Shown here: one piece after another, positions 22,388 through 33,100 of the stretch
Layout: every line of letters begins with the position of its first letter
How positions within the stretch are numbered: position 1 is the first letter of the stretch
NCBI GenBank assembly: GCA_008690995.1
Contig: VRMN01000005.1
Location: forward strand, 620,001-684,000
Direction of reading: 5' to 3'
Length of the DNA stretch: 64,000 bases
DNA from: Porphyridium purpureum
Lineage: Eukaryota
Position numbers and translations under genes: made by a program
Notes under the pieces: model-generated
The model's database searches: none
What the model was told of the DNA's origin: nothing
What the model saw: only the letters and a program-made list of their open reading frames with translations

Positions 22388-22554
22388 ATGGAGGACGCCG
22401 TGATGGAGTCGCCGATGCCGGTGATTGATGGGTGGTTTGAAAGGTTTCCCACCGCAAACTTGACGACGCCCACGCCCACGCCGCAGGCGCGCGGCGCGCC
22501 AGTGGCCAGGCGCCGAACCCGCCGGCGCAGCCGCTTGATCCTTGGAAGATGCAT

Positions 22555-22606
<52 letters not shown>

Positions 22607-23799
22607 CGCCCGTGGGCCGGAAGAAGACGGCGCGCCTGCTCAAGATGGACGGCTGCATCCTGAAGAATTATGGCGCGGGAAACACTGACGTGCCGCTCTG
22701 GGAAGTCAACCTGCGCCAGAACCCGATGTCCCGCGTGAGAGGCACGCTCGAGTTTGTTGTCTACCTTCCTCGCGGGGAGACCTCCTTCTTTGCTTCGTCA
22801 GAGGAAGAGGCAAATCTGTGGGAGGCTGCTGCGGAAAAGGCGATGAAGCGCGACATCGAAGCGCACTACGAATTCGGCCGGCTGCTGGGGGAAGGCGCGT
22901 TTGCGCAGGTGTATCGCGCGAAGAGCCTGAGCACGGGCGAGACGGTCGCCGTCAAGAAGATCGAGAAGCGCGATGATGAGGACGAGCTTGCCATACTTAT
23001 GCAAGAAATCAACATCCTGCGCAGCGTAAATCACCCAAACATCATTCGCACTCACGACATCTTTGATACGCCTAACTGTATGCACATTGTGCTCGAATAT
23101 ATCGAAGGCGGTGAACTGTTTGACCTGATCGCTGGCGCCGGGCGATTTTCGGAGAAGAACGCGAGCGACATCATGCGGCAAATGTTCTCCGGGCTCAAGT
23201 ACTTGCACATGCATTCCATTGTGCATCGCGACATAAAGCCGGAAAATGTGCTGTGCCATTCGAATGAATGGCCCGTCCAGATCAAGATGTGCGACTTTGG
23301 ACTTGCTGAAATTATCAAGAAACCAAAAAAGGATCAGGTGGAAGGGCTTGTGGGCACGCCGGGTTACGTCGCGCCCGAGGTCGTACGAAGGCAGAAAATA
23401 GGACCGCCCATTGACATGTGGGCGTGTGGCGTGTTGCTGTATATCATGCTATCCGGCAAAATGCCGTTTTTTGGACGGGACGAGATCGAGTGTTTGCGGC
23501 GCATTGCTCGCTGCCAGTACTCTTTCCCAGAAGCAGAATGGGCCAAGGTGTCGGAGGAGGCAAAGTCTCTCGTCAAGGGCCTGCTATGTCTAGAACAGAA
23601 CAAGCGCCTGACAGCCGAGAGCGCTCTGTACCATCCTTTCATGACCAATCATGACATTTCCGACAAGCCGCTTGAGAACGACCTCAGTGGATTGAGTTCG
23701 TCCAAGCGCCATCTCCGGCGCCTCGTGCGAGGCGTCATCACGGCAAACCAAATCAGCGAGTTTTTGAACGAATTCAAAGCATCTGGCACTATTCAGTGA
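22388..23799 (+). CDS. PH-like domain plus CAMK-family Ser/Thr kinase with polyQ; apparent 1-nt frameshift near 22440
   Basis: Kinase motifs LGEGAFAQV, VAVK, HRDIKPEN, DFG and GTPGYVAPE in ORF 22549-23799. The upstream ATG at 22388 encodes a PH-like start in another frame. Confidence 0.85.
22555..22605 (+). repeat. (CAG)16-CAA coding microsatellite (polyQ)
   Basis: Perfect trinucleotide run, directly visible. Confidence 0.95.
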
Positions 23800-24205
23800 C
23801 CGGGAGCTGCTCGCGTCGCGACCCCGTTGCCTCCTGATCTTCGGGCTGCGTGCCTGACGCCTGTTCTAGTGTATCTTTACCAGTCGTCGTTCTATGAGAG
23901 GGTGTCCCGTGGCCGCGTTTGTGTACTAAATGCTGTTCTCCCTGTGCTTCTGCTGCTCCTTTCATGGTCGCCAGCCCTTGCTCGTACACACATCAATCGC
24001 ACCACTGGCACGTTCGACGCGAACGCCCTTGAACTGCTGCGCTCAACGCGCTTGGTTGCTGCGACAGATCGCGAGCGCTTGCTGCCAGCAAACGCAAGAG
24101 GGGCGGCGCAAACAACAAGAATAAGCAAAGAGTGAGCGGCGCGCGCGCGCGAGCGACGGTTTCAAGAGCGAAGAGCGCTGGATTAGTCAGTTGCGCGCGG
24201 TCGTG

Positions 24206-25915
24206 ATGGGCGCGGAGGATGAGGGCGGCGACTCGAGGCCACCGGACGAGACAGAGATCGGCGGGGCGCACAAGCGAAAATTTGAGCAGACAGATCTTGA
24301 GGAACCCAAGGCACTCGCACCAGCAGCACATGCAGGGGAAGCCGAGGGTGACAATGATGATAATCATGATGCGCAACACGTTGCGAAACGAAATCGAGAC
24401 GCTAGTATCCCGCGGGTCATGGACCCGCCGATCAAGCGCCTGTCGCAACCGATAGAGGACCCGCCAATGAGGCGGTTGCCAAAGGCGGTTGATGTCGACA
24501 CACAGTCGTATGATGAAGGCGCGCTGGACAAGAACTCTGCGAGCGAGCGAAAAGCTTTACCGGAAAGTGACCACCCTTACCAAAATGAGCCAGCCAGGAA
24601 TGACACCGGCGCGTCCAGTATGTCGAACGAGAGACGGGCAGTCGATGCCCAGCATGATCTGTCTGCCCCCATCAGGAGCGCGCTCGAGAGCGTGTATGCC
24701 CTGGGCGCCTGCACTCCGGGCGATATTGATTCCCGGATGTGCGAGTATTTGAGTGGGTTGCCCGTGTCGACTGCGGTAGCGTGTATCGAAGAAATCCCAA
24801 ACAAGGATATGAGTATGGTGCGCAATCGGCCGGCGTTTTTAATGAGCGTATTTAAGCGCGTTGCGAATCCGCCTCGTGCAGGACCACCGAGCTTTGCGTC
24901 GTCACCGCCGCGCAAATCAGGAGGTACACGCCAGCCGCAGGGCTCGCCTCGGGGGGCCGCTGCCATCACGGCAGCGCGCAGTGGGTCCCCAAACCCGTAC
25001 GGCTCCGAGTTCCCTGTTCCGCCACCGCTACCGCACCCGCCGGTGGCTCAGGTTCCACCAGAGTCGATTGCGCACCTGCCTGCGCCGGTTGGGAGCGCCC
25101 TGCAGTACGTCTTTGCGTCCGGAGTATGCCACCCTTCGCAATTTGATGAACGTGCCATGGAGGTACTAATGGAGATGCCAGACCTCGAAGCTGTTGAGGC
25201 CCTGTACGAGTTTGCAGCTATCCCACCGGGCCAGTTGCGAAATCCGTCAGCCTTTTGGGTTGGGCTCGTCAAGCGGCACATGCAGAAGACCGCGCTACCC
25301 CCGCCGCGCGCAGATATGCATGTACACGGCACAAACCGCTACGGTCATGGAAACCAGCACCAGCAGCAAAACTGGAAGGATTTGGACGGATCGACGCAAA
25401 TCGTCGCCTCGGTGCACAAGGCGGCCGTCCAAGCAAAATTAAGTTTGCTGATCCGACAGGGCAAAATATCGCATCGTGACCTTGATAGTCGAGTGGTCGA
25501 CGCGATCAACAGGCTGCAGGATGCCGAGACGGACGCGTTCATCACCGGACTCAACCAGATGGACCCGACTCGCATCAGAAATCGGAACGTCGGCGGCTTT
25601 CTGATTGGATTGTGCCGCCGTGTATCGAGCGCAAACGATACCACGAGATTACCTGTGCCGCTGCGCGGCGAATGGAGCGACGCGCCGGAGACGCCCTTGG
25701 ATCCTCAAGTAGACGCCAAGTTCCAGCAGCTGGTCCGTGACCAGCTCATTGGGCCAGCGGATTTTGATGCGCGCGCGTCAAATGCACTACGAGCCATGTT
25801 GCCGAGTGAGGCCATTGCAGCGCTCGAGGAGCTGGAAAGGTCAGACCCTACACGTGTTCGAAATGTGTCTGCCTACTTCATGAGCCTGTACAAAAAGTTC
25901 TCATCGAGACGATAG
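24206..25915 (+). CDS. protein with four hnRNP-Q acidic-domain (AcD/NURR)-like helical repeats
   Basis: Four copies of a G..D(I/F/L)D.R...L.......(V/L/I)RN..A(F/Y) unit (VRNRPAFLM, LRNPSAFWV, IRNRNVGGFL, VRNVSAYFM). Confidence 0.75.
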   Translation: MGAEDEGGDSRPPDETEIGGAHKRKFEQTDLEEPKALAPAAHAGEAEGDNDDNHDAQHVAKRNRDASIPRVMDPPIKRLSQPIEDPPMRRLPKAVDVDTQSYDEGALDKNSASERKALPESDHPYQNEPARNDTGASSMSNERRAVDAQHDLSAPIRSALESVYALGACTPGDIDSRMCEYLSGLPVSTAVACIEEIPNKDMSMVRNRPAFLMSVFKRVANPPRAGPPSFASSPPRKSGGTRQPQGSPRGAAAITAARSGSPNPYGSEFPVPPPLPHPPVAQVPPESIAHLPAPVGSALQYVFASGVCHPSQFDERAMEVLMEMPDLEAVEALYEFAAIPPGQLRNPSAFWVGLVKRHMQKTALPPPRADMHVHGTNRYGHGNQHQQQNWKDLDGSTQIVASVHKAAVQAKLSLLIRQGKISHRDLDSRVVDAINRLQDAETDAFITGLNQMDPTRIRNRNVGGFLIGLCRRVSSANDTTRLPVPLRGEWSDAPETPLDPQVDAKFQQLVRDQLIGPADFDARASNALRAMLPSEAIAALEELERSDPTRVRNVSAYFMSLYKKFSSRR

Positions 25916-26421
25916 AAGCAAATCGGCGCGACAGCTGCGCATCGGCATTCTTCGAAGCCCGCTGCGGAGGACGGGAAAGAGGGAAAACAAATCGTGGTGC
26001 TTGCGCACTGTTCGAAGCTGCCGCCGCAATCCGAATTCTGATCGTGACTTGAGGATGTGTATGATCACGCGCTCACACTTTCAGAATCCTTCTCTCATGG
26101 CGCTGTGCATCCTTCCGCCCTCCATGTTTGCGCGCAAACGGAAGCTCACAAACATGCTTACGTCTTCAATCGTTGGGCATCCTTCATCGCGACCCAAAAG
26201 TTGGTCGGACCTTTCTCATTTTACCACATGCAGTAGGTAAAAGGGCGACCTTGCGTGCAGTTGCTTCTCATGATGTTGTAGTCACTTCAATGTGCGTTTA
26301 GGCCTGCCGCCCCTCCTGCTTCGGAGCGTCATGGCATGACACCGTCCTTTCAAGAGTGGCCATGACACGCTCCGACACCGCACAGCGAGTATTGCTCAGC
26401 GTTCAATGGTCCCTGTACACC

Positions 26422-27993
26422 TTATTCCATCCCAGCACCAGAGAAGAGACCGTCCATGTTCGGAAGCTCCATCGATTCACCCAGGAATGGTGCGGGCGCG
26501 GGCGGGTGACTGGCTGGACTGGCGCCGCTACCCACGGCAGAGTTCGCTGGTGGTGAGGCTGAGCTCGTAATCTTGACGTCACTCGACGAGATCCACCCGC
26601 ACCCAACGAGGTATTCAAATACCTTATTTACCTTGTTGCTTTCTAGCCGGACAATCTTGGCATCTTTGCGCTTCATATTCCCAACGCGGCAGCCTTCGCG
26701 AATCAGAAACTCTTTCAGCACACAATACTGGTGAGGGCTCATGCGGATGCTCTGGCACAGTTCGAGCTCGCGTTGTGAGAGCAGATCCACACCTGGGTGA
26801 TGCTTTATCGCGGCGAAGAACGCCTTCTCATCACACTTGTCAGAAATCTGGCTGCGCAGAGGCACGACGCCGTGCTCGTCTGGACGCAAGGTGCAAACCG
26901 GTCGCTTACTCTTTGCAAAATTTTGAATCATCTCTGTCACTGTCGGTTCCGACACGTACTCACGCTTCGAGCGCATGCTGGCCGCAAGCTTATGACACTC
27001 CGCAACACTGGTCTCGCCAGCCGAGCGGCCCTCCTTAAGAAGCTCGATGGACTGGCGCAGGTTGCGCTCCTCGGCGAGACTGCGCATGAATTCGTGATTC
27101 TGCTCACGTGACTGGAAGCGCGCAAACGGTTTGAGTCGTTCCTTCAATTCGCGCTCCTCCTTGTTCATTTTCTTTTCCTGGTTCATGATTGCCTTGTACT
27201 CCAGCAGCCCGCGCTGCGTCACAAATTCCTTACGCCGCTCGCGCTCGTCTAGTTTAGTATTGTAAATCTCGAGCACACGAAGCTTGAGCTCGAGCTCCTG
27301 CGGATTGTCTTCCTCTGTGATGTCCATATCCGCAACGACATCCTCCGCCTCGTTGTCCCACTCGTACACAAAGTCGCCGCGGCGCGGCATCCAGCCAGCT
27401 ACTTCGTCGTCTTGGTACATGTGCATCACTCGAAGCGACTTGGCCTCTGGTTCCTCTTCTCGATCCTCGAGCGCGGCGGCCTCGGCGACAGGCACGATTC
27501 GGCTCGGGTCTGGAAGCGGTGCGGTCCGTGCGTTGAGAAAGGTAGCCAAGTAATGCGCCTCGGTAGTGGACGAGGAGCGGTGGTCTCCCACTAGCTTGCA
27601 CACGGCTTCCCAATTTCCAAGACCGTACAGCTCGAGGCCCTCCAGGACGCGCTCCTCCTCATCGGCGCCCCATGACTCTGCAAACGCAGCATCCGTAACC
27701 AGCTCGATGATACGGTACGCGTGAGTATTCTTGTGCGGCCACAGAACGGCGCCCACGGAAAAGCAATCTAAGCACAGGTCATAGTCAACGCACTCGGCGC
27801 AGCGCATGCGCGGAATCAGCGACAGGTCGCGCGAGCAATTATTACAATGGAAACGTCCCTCCGATTCGTCCTGAGGAACGCCTGGTTGCGCGGCCGCCTT
27901 GCTTGCACGTTTCGGCCGCGCACGCTGCTTCTTTGCCGCAGTTCCCGCCGTCGCCGCCGCCGGGGTAGCGCCCGCACCGTCTTCACCGTCCAT
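26422..27993 (-). CDS. ADA2: transcriptional adaptor ADA2 (ZZ finger, SANT, SWIRM)
   Basis: HCNNC..RCAECVDYDLCLDCFSVG, WGADEE..LYGLGNW, GWMPRRGDF.EWDNEAE and C-terminal VFEYLVGCGWI. Confidence 0.95.
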   Translation of the reverse strand: MDGEDGAGATPAAATAGTAAKKQRARPKRASKAAAQPGVPQDESEGRFHCNNCSRDLSLIPRMRCAECVDYDLCLDCFSVGAVLWPHKNTHAYRIIELVTDAAFAESWGADEEERVLEGLELYGLGNWEAVCKLVGDHRSSSTTEAHYLATFLNARTAPLPDPSRIVPVAEAAALEDREEEPEAKSLRVMHMYQDDEVAGWMPRRGDFVYEWDNEAEDVVADMDITEEDNPQELELKLRVLEIYNTKLDERERRKEFVTQRGLLEYKAIMNQEKKMNKEERELKERLKPFARFQSREQNHEFMRSLAEERNLRQSIELLKEGRSAGETSVAECHKLAASMRSKREYVSEPTVTEMIQNFAKSKRPVCTLRPDEHGVVPLRSQISDKCDEKAFFAAIKHHPGVDLLSQRELELCQSIRMSPHQYCVLKEFLIREGCRVGNMKRKDAKIVRLESNKVNKVFEYLVGCGWISSSDVKITSSASPPANSAVGSGASPASHPPAPAPFLGESMELPNMDGLFSGAGME

Positions 27994-28121
27994 CTCTTCT
28001 CGCAACTTTCGCTGAACGCACGCGCGCGCAACACCGTGACACTGAGCGCCTCTCGCGCGTGCTATTGGAAACTTGGGAGTGGCGGCCAAAGCCGAGAAAG
28101 GAGATACAGAAAGGTGGTACT

Positions 28122-29477
28122 ATGGATGGTGAGGAGGGTGCCAAGGATGCCGCTGGCGCGGTGTCCACTCTGCCACCTCTGCTTCGAGATGAGCCGCGGG
28201 CGGTCATGGGCACGGGAGAAGATGCGGGAACCGAGAGCGAGCCGGACAACATGGATCCGCGGATGCGGTTTGTGCTGGTGCGAGGGTTAAAGTGGTACGA
28301 TACAGAGAAGAGCATCGGGGCGCTGTGTATGAACCCGCTGGTCGGCGCACGTACGCAGCCGCGGGACATTAGTACTGTGTACAATGTTGCGAACGGCAAG
28401 TCGCGAGGTATTATGGTGCTCGAGTTTGACGACGGCGGGCACGTGCCAGCCGGCCGCGCGTGTACCGCACTGCGCAAGGCAATGGCGTCGCACAATGACG
28501 GCGGATCACCACCAAGTGTAATGCTGGTCGATGATCATGTTGCAAAGAGGGAGCTCAGCGCGGTCATGGCGGGTGGAACCGGTGTCTCATCTTCGCGCGG
28601 GGAGCCAAGCGGGCCCGCCGCTAGTGCCAAACACGCGAGCAATGGTCGATCAACCTCACAAGCTGCCCCGGCTGCACGAGCAATGCCGCTTGTGGGCGCT
28701 ACGCCGGGCTTAGGTATGGCACCAAACGCCGCCGCTTTCATGCCCATGATGACTCCGTTTCCGAACGCGGGCGGATTCCCGCGCCCCGTTGCCGGCTTTC
28801 CGAACCCGTACATGGTTCCCGGCGTGGCAATGCCAATGAATCCCTTCGGATGGCCGATGGGCCAGCAACCGCCCATGGCGGGCTTTCCTCCTGCTTCCGC
28901 ACAGATTCAGAGCTCGACTCAAAAGCTCGTCAAAGAAACGTCGACCGGCACCAACAAGGCGCCAATGTCGGAGAAGAGCTCAGCACGGCCCTCTCGAAGC
29001 CGTGATCATGGCGCGGAGCGCAGTCACGACTCCAAGGCGGGCAAGCCGCCGCGCCGAGGCGATGAGCACGACCGACGACGGGAGCGCGACAGGTCGCCAC
29101 GACATTTTGACGAGCGTGGTCGCGATCGTCCCCGTGATCGAGAACGTGGTCGAAATAATGAACGCCAACGGGATACACGAGGCCCGCGATCGCCTGTCGT
29201 GGATCGAGGCCGGCGCTCAAGGTCAGATTCTGAACACTCGTTCGACTCTGCGGATGCTAATCCCAGAGGCTCGAGTAAAAGGCAGGAGCACGCGGGAGGG
29301 AGCAGTGAATACGACAGCCGCGACGGCGATAGTAGGCTGAAAACGGGGTCAAAGCAAGGGCCCAGTGATCTCCGCTCCATCATCAACAAGCGCGACCGGC
29401 GCGACGACCGGCGCGACCCGCATGATGAGAGACAAAGAAAGAGGCGGAGGGGCTCTCGTAGCCGAAATCGCAGGTGA
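28122..29477 (+). CDS. cleavage factor Im large subunit (CPSF6/CPSF7, CFIm68-like)
   Basis: Divergent RRM (VLVRGLKWYDTE...NVANGKSRGIMVLEF), Pro-rich middle and RD/RE/RS-rich tail. Confidence 0.7.
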   Translation: MDGEEGAKDAAGAVSTLPPLLRDEPRAVMGTGEDAGTESEPDNMDPRMRFVLVRGLKWYDTEKSIGALCMNPLVGARTQPRDISTVYNVANGKSRGIMVLEFDDGGHVPAGRACTALRKAMASHNDGGSPPSVMLVDDHVAKRELSAVMAGGTGVSSSRGEPSGPAASAKHASNGRSTSQAAPAARAMPLVGATPGLGMAPNAAAFMPMMTPFPNAGGFPRPVAGFPNPYMVPGVAMPMNPFGWPMGQQPPMAGFPPASAQIQSSTQKLVKETSTGTNKAPMSEKSSARPSRSRDHGAERSHDSKAGKPPRRGDEHDRRRERDRSPRHFDERGRDRPRDRERGRNNERQRDTRGPRSPVVDRGRRSRSDSEHSFDSADANPRGSSKRQEHAGGSSEYDSRDGDSRLKTGSKQGPSDLRSIINKRDRRDDRRDPHDERQRKRRRGSRSRNRR

Positions 29478-29880
29478 GGAGACAGAATTTCGTTCAACGC
29501 AGTTATTGGATATTCAAATGAGCGTTTCTTTGTTCACGTAGAATGCGACACTAGCACAGGAGCCCGTAAACCACAATGAATACGCAGCTTGCACAGATGA
29601 CTGCAGTGAAGATCACCAGTGTCCGCCATGCTCTTCAGGACAGGAAGCAGAATGGACAGACACGAAACAAACGGTCCAAGTGTGGAGAGAAAGGGCGACG
29701 GGACACGCAAAAAAAAAAAAATTTCAGAAAGATAAATGAGATGTGTTAGACACGGTCCACAATTATTCACCTTCTCGTTTTCCTGTGTCCGCGCATTCTC
29801 GCGGTTGCACTTCGAACTAGATACGCACAGAAGCAGCAGTCCCAAACGACGCGGCAACCCATTCCCCGACAACAGCAAAC

Positions 29881-30219
29881 TTACTCTTTCCCGCGATCCA
29901 TGCCCAAGTTGTAGGCGCTCTTGGACGTCGCCACAACGCGCCGAGGCGAGGCAAAGACTTCAGACATGCGCGGCTCGGAGAAGTCATACTTCAAATTTGT
30001 ATGGCGAGCCACCAGACGCTCGGGACCATTCAGCCGACGTGGTCGAGCGTCAGCGCGCGTGATCCGATCCTGGCTTGCGGCGCTGAGAAGGTGCGACTGC
30101 TCGTTCGGGTCAGCGCTCACGCTGCCGTGCCGACCTGCATGTTCACCATTGTTCTCTGAGCCCAGCACGCACGGCGCGCTCTCGCTCATATGCATGGGCA
30201 CAATACCATCGCCCTCCAT
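29881..30219 (-). CDS. hypothetical small protein (112 aa)
   Basis: ATG-initiated ORF filling the gap between CFIm68-like and POLD2; no recognisable motif. Confidence 0.3.
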   Translation of the reverse strand: MEGDGIVPMHMSESAPCVLGSENNGEHAGRHGSVSADPNEQSHLLSAASQDRITRADARPRRLNGPERLVARHTNLKYDFSEPRMSEVFASPRRVVATSKSAYNLGMDRGKE

Positions 30220-30275
30220 GTCTCGCAAGTCGACCGTTAACCCCAATGGCGCTGGCTTTCTCCGGGAGGGAATGC

Positions 30276-31715
30276 ATGGAAATCTACCACGACCGTTCGC
30301 GCGCGTTTTGGGGACGTGACACAACTTTCAGCCGGGCGACTGCGCCACGCGCGCCGTGCTGGGAGCTGCTGCGGTTGCAACAGCTGCGGGGCGCCGTGCT
30401 GGCCGCGGTGGAATGCGATGCAGTCGCACACGGTGACGTGCTAGTAGGCGTGCTCGAAAAGGAGCGCGGGTCTGTCCGCGCCCTGCGCCATGAAGGGGGC
30501 GCCCAAACGTCGCAAACGCTGCAGCTGGAAAGCGCTGCAGTGTTGCCACGCCATGCTGGATTTGCGCTTGCTGGTGCGGCAGCCATGGCCCGGCATGGGG
30601 GTGACCCTCTGTACGTGCGCGACGAACCTGGGCGGCGCGTGCGCGTGGTAGGCGCGGCAAGTGCCTTACATATTGAGCAGCAGCTCCGACGCATGGCAAC
30701 CGGCGTCGTCGCGGCGTTCTGTGGCACCGTGGAGCAAGATGCATTTGGCACGGTGTTTAGTATCAGCCGCATCTTCCCACCTGGTCCGGCAATGTCACCG
30801 CATGTTCGCGTGTCATCGTCCAATTCAGAGGTCAAGAGCTCGCGCGACGCTCTGATGTTTTTGTCGGGCCTAGAATTTGGCGACCCGCAATACTCACCTC
30901 GCGTGCTAGCGATGCTCGTCGAGTATGTGAGGAGCAGTGTCGCACGCCGCGAGCGCGGCTCCGCGCAATCGCTACCGCCAACCCGTATCCGACGTGTGGT
31001 GATTGCTGGTCACTCACTCGCACGCTCAGCGTATGCGTCCACGCATCAGCTGCATGCTCCGAGTGCGGCCGAAGCGCAGTTGGCCGCTGCTCACGTGCGC
31101 GAATTTGACCGCTTCTTGTGCGAGCTATGTGAACTCGTGCCTGTAGACCTGATGCCCAACGGCAGCAGTGAGAGCGCGAGTTTGGGCCTACCGCAAAGCT
31201 CTTTGAGCCCGTTGCTCTTTCCACGCGCGCGCCTGCTTCGCAACTTTGCTCTGAAGACCAACCCGTATTGCTTTGATCTTGACTCGCTGCGCGTATGTGG
31301 GACATGTGGCGAAAACGTGCGGGACGTGCAACGCTGCACGGGAGAACCCCCGCTCGGCACGCTGGACGCGCTCGAGCTTATGCTCACATTCAGGCACCTA
31401 GCGCCATCCTCGTACCCAAGCGTCTCCGCGACGGCGGCTGCCACGGATGTGTTCGTTCTGGAACACACTCCGAACGTGCTCTTTACGGCGAACATGCCCG
31501 ACGGCTTTCAAACTCGGATTGTGGAATGCGCTGCTACAGGAAGCGGCGCTATGCGCCGTCGGAACGTTGAAGAAACACGAGAGACAGATAAGGAAGCTGA
31601 AACGGAACCCTCATTTCGTTGCCTCCTGCTTGGTTTACCATCCTTTTCACTTACGCAGTGCAGCGTACTTGTGGACCTCGAGAATCTTGACACACGTGTT
31701 GTCGAAATAGTTTGA
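30276..31715 (+). CDS. POLD2: DNA polymerase delta small subunit (divergent)
   Basis: YVRDEPGRRV, TGVVAAFCG, MFLSGLEFG, RVVIAGHSL, PVDLMP, LPQ, TNPY, GTCGENVRD and RHLAP motifs. Confidence 0.85.
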   Translation: MEIYHDRSRAFWGRDTTFSRATAPRAPCWELLRLQQLRGAVLAAVECDAVAHGDVLVGVLEKERGSVRALRHEGGAQTSQTLQLESAAVLPRHAGFALAGAAAMARHGGDPLYVRDEPGRRVRVVGAASALHIEQQLRRMATGVVAAFCGTVEQDAFGTVFSISRIFPPGPAMSPHVRVSSSNSEVKSSRDALMFLSGLEFGDPQYSPRVLAMLVEYVRSSVARRERGSAQSLPPTRIRRVVIAGHSLARSAYASTHQLHAPSAAEAQLAAAHVREFDRFLCELCELVPVDLMPNGSSESASLGLPQSSLSPLLFPRARLLRNFALKTNPYCFDLDSLRVCGTCGENVRDVQRCTGEPPLGTLDALELMLTFRHLAPSSYPSVSATAAATDVFVLEHTPNVLFTANMPDGFQTRIVECAATGSGAMRRRNVEETRETDKEAETEPSFRCLLLGLPSFSLTQCSVLVDLENLDTRVVEIV

Positions 31716-31896
31716 TGCAGAGATAATCGCAATCGATGATCAACCGTGTCTATTTACTGGTTGCCCTTCCATGCGAGCGACTTGTTCCTCATCAGACAAC
31801 GATCAGTTGCACTCACGCAATGTGTGTTCTTTGGCCCGAGCAATCGCGTCTTCGTTTGCTTGCTTGCCTGCGTCCCTTTTCTCATTCCTGACACTT

Positions 31897-32997
31897 TTAC
31901 TGCGCCGCTGGTTTCCGCCTGATGAAAAGCGCTGCGTATAGCATAATGGCGATTGGCAGCACAAAATAGTAGAAGCCGGCGACGGTTCCGAGCATCTGAC
32001 GTAGCACGAATTTGATGCGCTGGCCTAGATTCAACGCACTACTGCGCGTCTGTTCCCAATCGTCCAGCGCGCCATACACGCGGTCCTCCATGGTCAGTGG
32101 GAGGTCTGGGCCGTTGAGCGGCTTCTCGCCCGTGACCACAAGACCCATGATCAACCCATGCCGACGCACACCCTTGTACGCGGCTGGCGTAATCTCAGAG
32201 ACCTTGATGTTGCGGAAGCCAGCCGCGGCGAACCAGTAAATATACTCCTGCTCGGTGGGGAAGAGCATCCACGTGTCGCAGAAGAAGCGCGACAATGGGT
32301 TTGTGGCACGCACCGGGCCTACCATGCAGGCGAGCCCTCCAGGCTTCAGAATGCGGTACGCTTCACCGATGCCCTGCTGTGGATTTGGCCAGTACTCGAT
32401 GCTGCCGCATGACACGTAGCGATCTGCGTAATTTGTACGGATGGGAATATTCTCAGCGTCGCCCTCGATAAACGTCACGCCCGACAGCTCGCGCTTCTGC
32501 GCGGCGTACGACATTTGCGCTGCTGACTGGTCCATGAGAACAACGTATCGCGCCGCGACGTATCGCACTATGCCTAGCGTCGAGAATCCAGTCCCGCCCC
32601 CCACATCCACCACCCGGAGGCAAGGCGAGTCGAGCTGCGCGCGCAAAAGCGCCTCGTCCCGCATTTCGCGCGTCCAGTGGAACGGATTTACCACGACGTC
32701 GTAGAAGAATGACAGCCAGCGATAAAACCAAAAAGCTTCGCGCTTATGCTGCATCATGCCGCGACGCTTACGCCGCTCTGGTGGCTGAAGGTTCTCGACT
32801 TCCTCATTCGGGAAACTTCGCACTCCGATCGCCACATTGGCGGCTGTACCGGATGTGGCGCGCAGCAACCTGACTGCCGGGCGCGCGCGCACCTCTGCGA
32901 CGCGTGCGCGCCGCCGCGATGAACACAGCGAAGTGTGTATCTCCGCCTGCCGGCCACCATAGAGCGTTGGGACGAAGCCCACCTGCGCCAGCATCAT
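31897..32997 (-). CDS. VTE3: MPBQ/MSBQ methyltransferase (tocopherol/plastoquinone synthesis), plastid-targeted
   Basis: QHKREAFWFYRWLS, NPFHWTREMRDEAL, VVDVGGGTGF, DRYVSCGSIEYWP and C-terminal TM; transit-peptide-like N-terminus. Confidence 0.95.
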   Translation of the reverse strand: MMLAQVGFVPTLYGGRQAEIHTSLCSSRRRARVAEVRARPAVRLLRATSGTAANVAIGVRSFPNEEVENLQPPERRKRRGMMQHKREAFWFYRWLSFFYDVVVNPFHWTREMRDEALLRAQLDSPCLRVVDVGGGTGFSTLGIVRYVAARYVVLMDQSAAQMSYAAQKRELSGVTFIEGDAENIPIRTNYADRYVSCGSIEYWPNPQQGIGEAYRILKPGGLACMVGPVRATNPLSRFFCDTWMLFPTEQEYIYWFAAAGFRNIKVSEITPAAYKGVRRHGLIMGLVVTGEKPLNGPDLPLTMEDRVYGALDDWEQTRSSALNLGQRIKFVLRQMLGTVAGFYYFVLPIAIMLYAALFIRRKPAAQ

Positions 32998-33100
32998 GCT
33001 TATGCTGATGATCACAGTCCCCGTACGTCGCCACAAACCAGTTGCCACCTCCGCCTCACGCTCGCGCAAAATAATTGGACGCAACTATGGACGCTCGAGC

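Noticed and set aside
21673..22605. 310-aa minus-strand ORF starting with poly-Leu
   Set aside because: It is the antisense reading of the CAG repeat and of promoter sequence.
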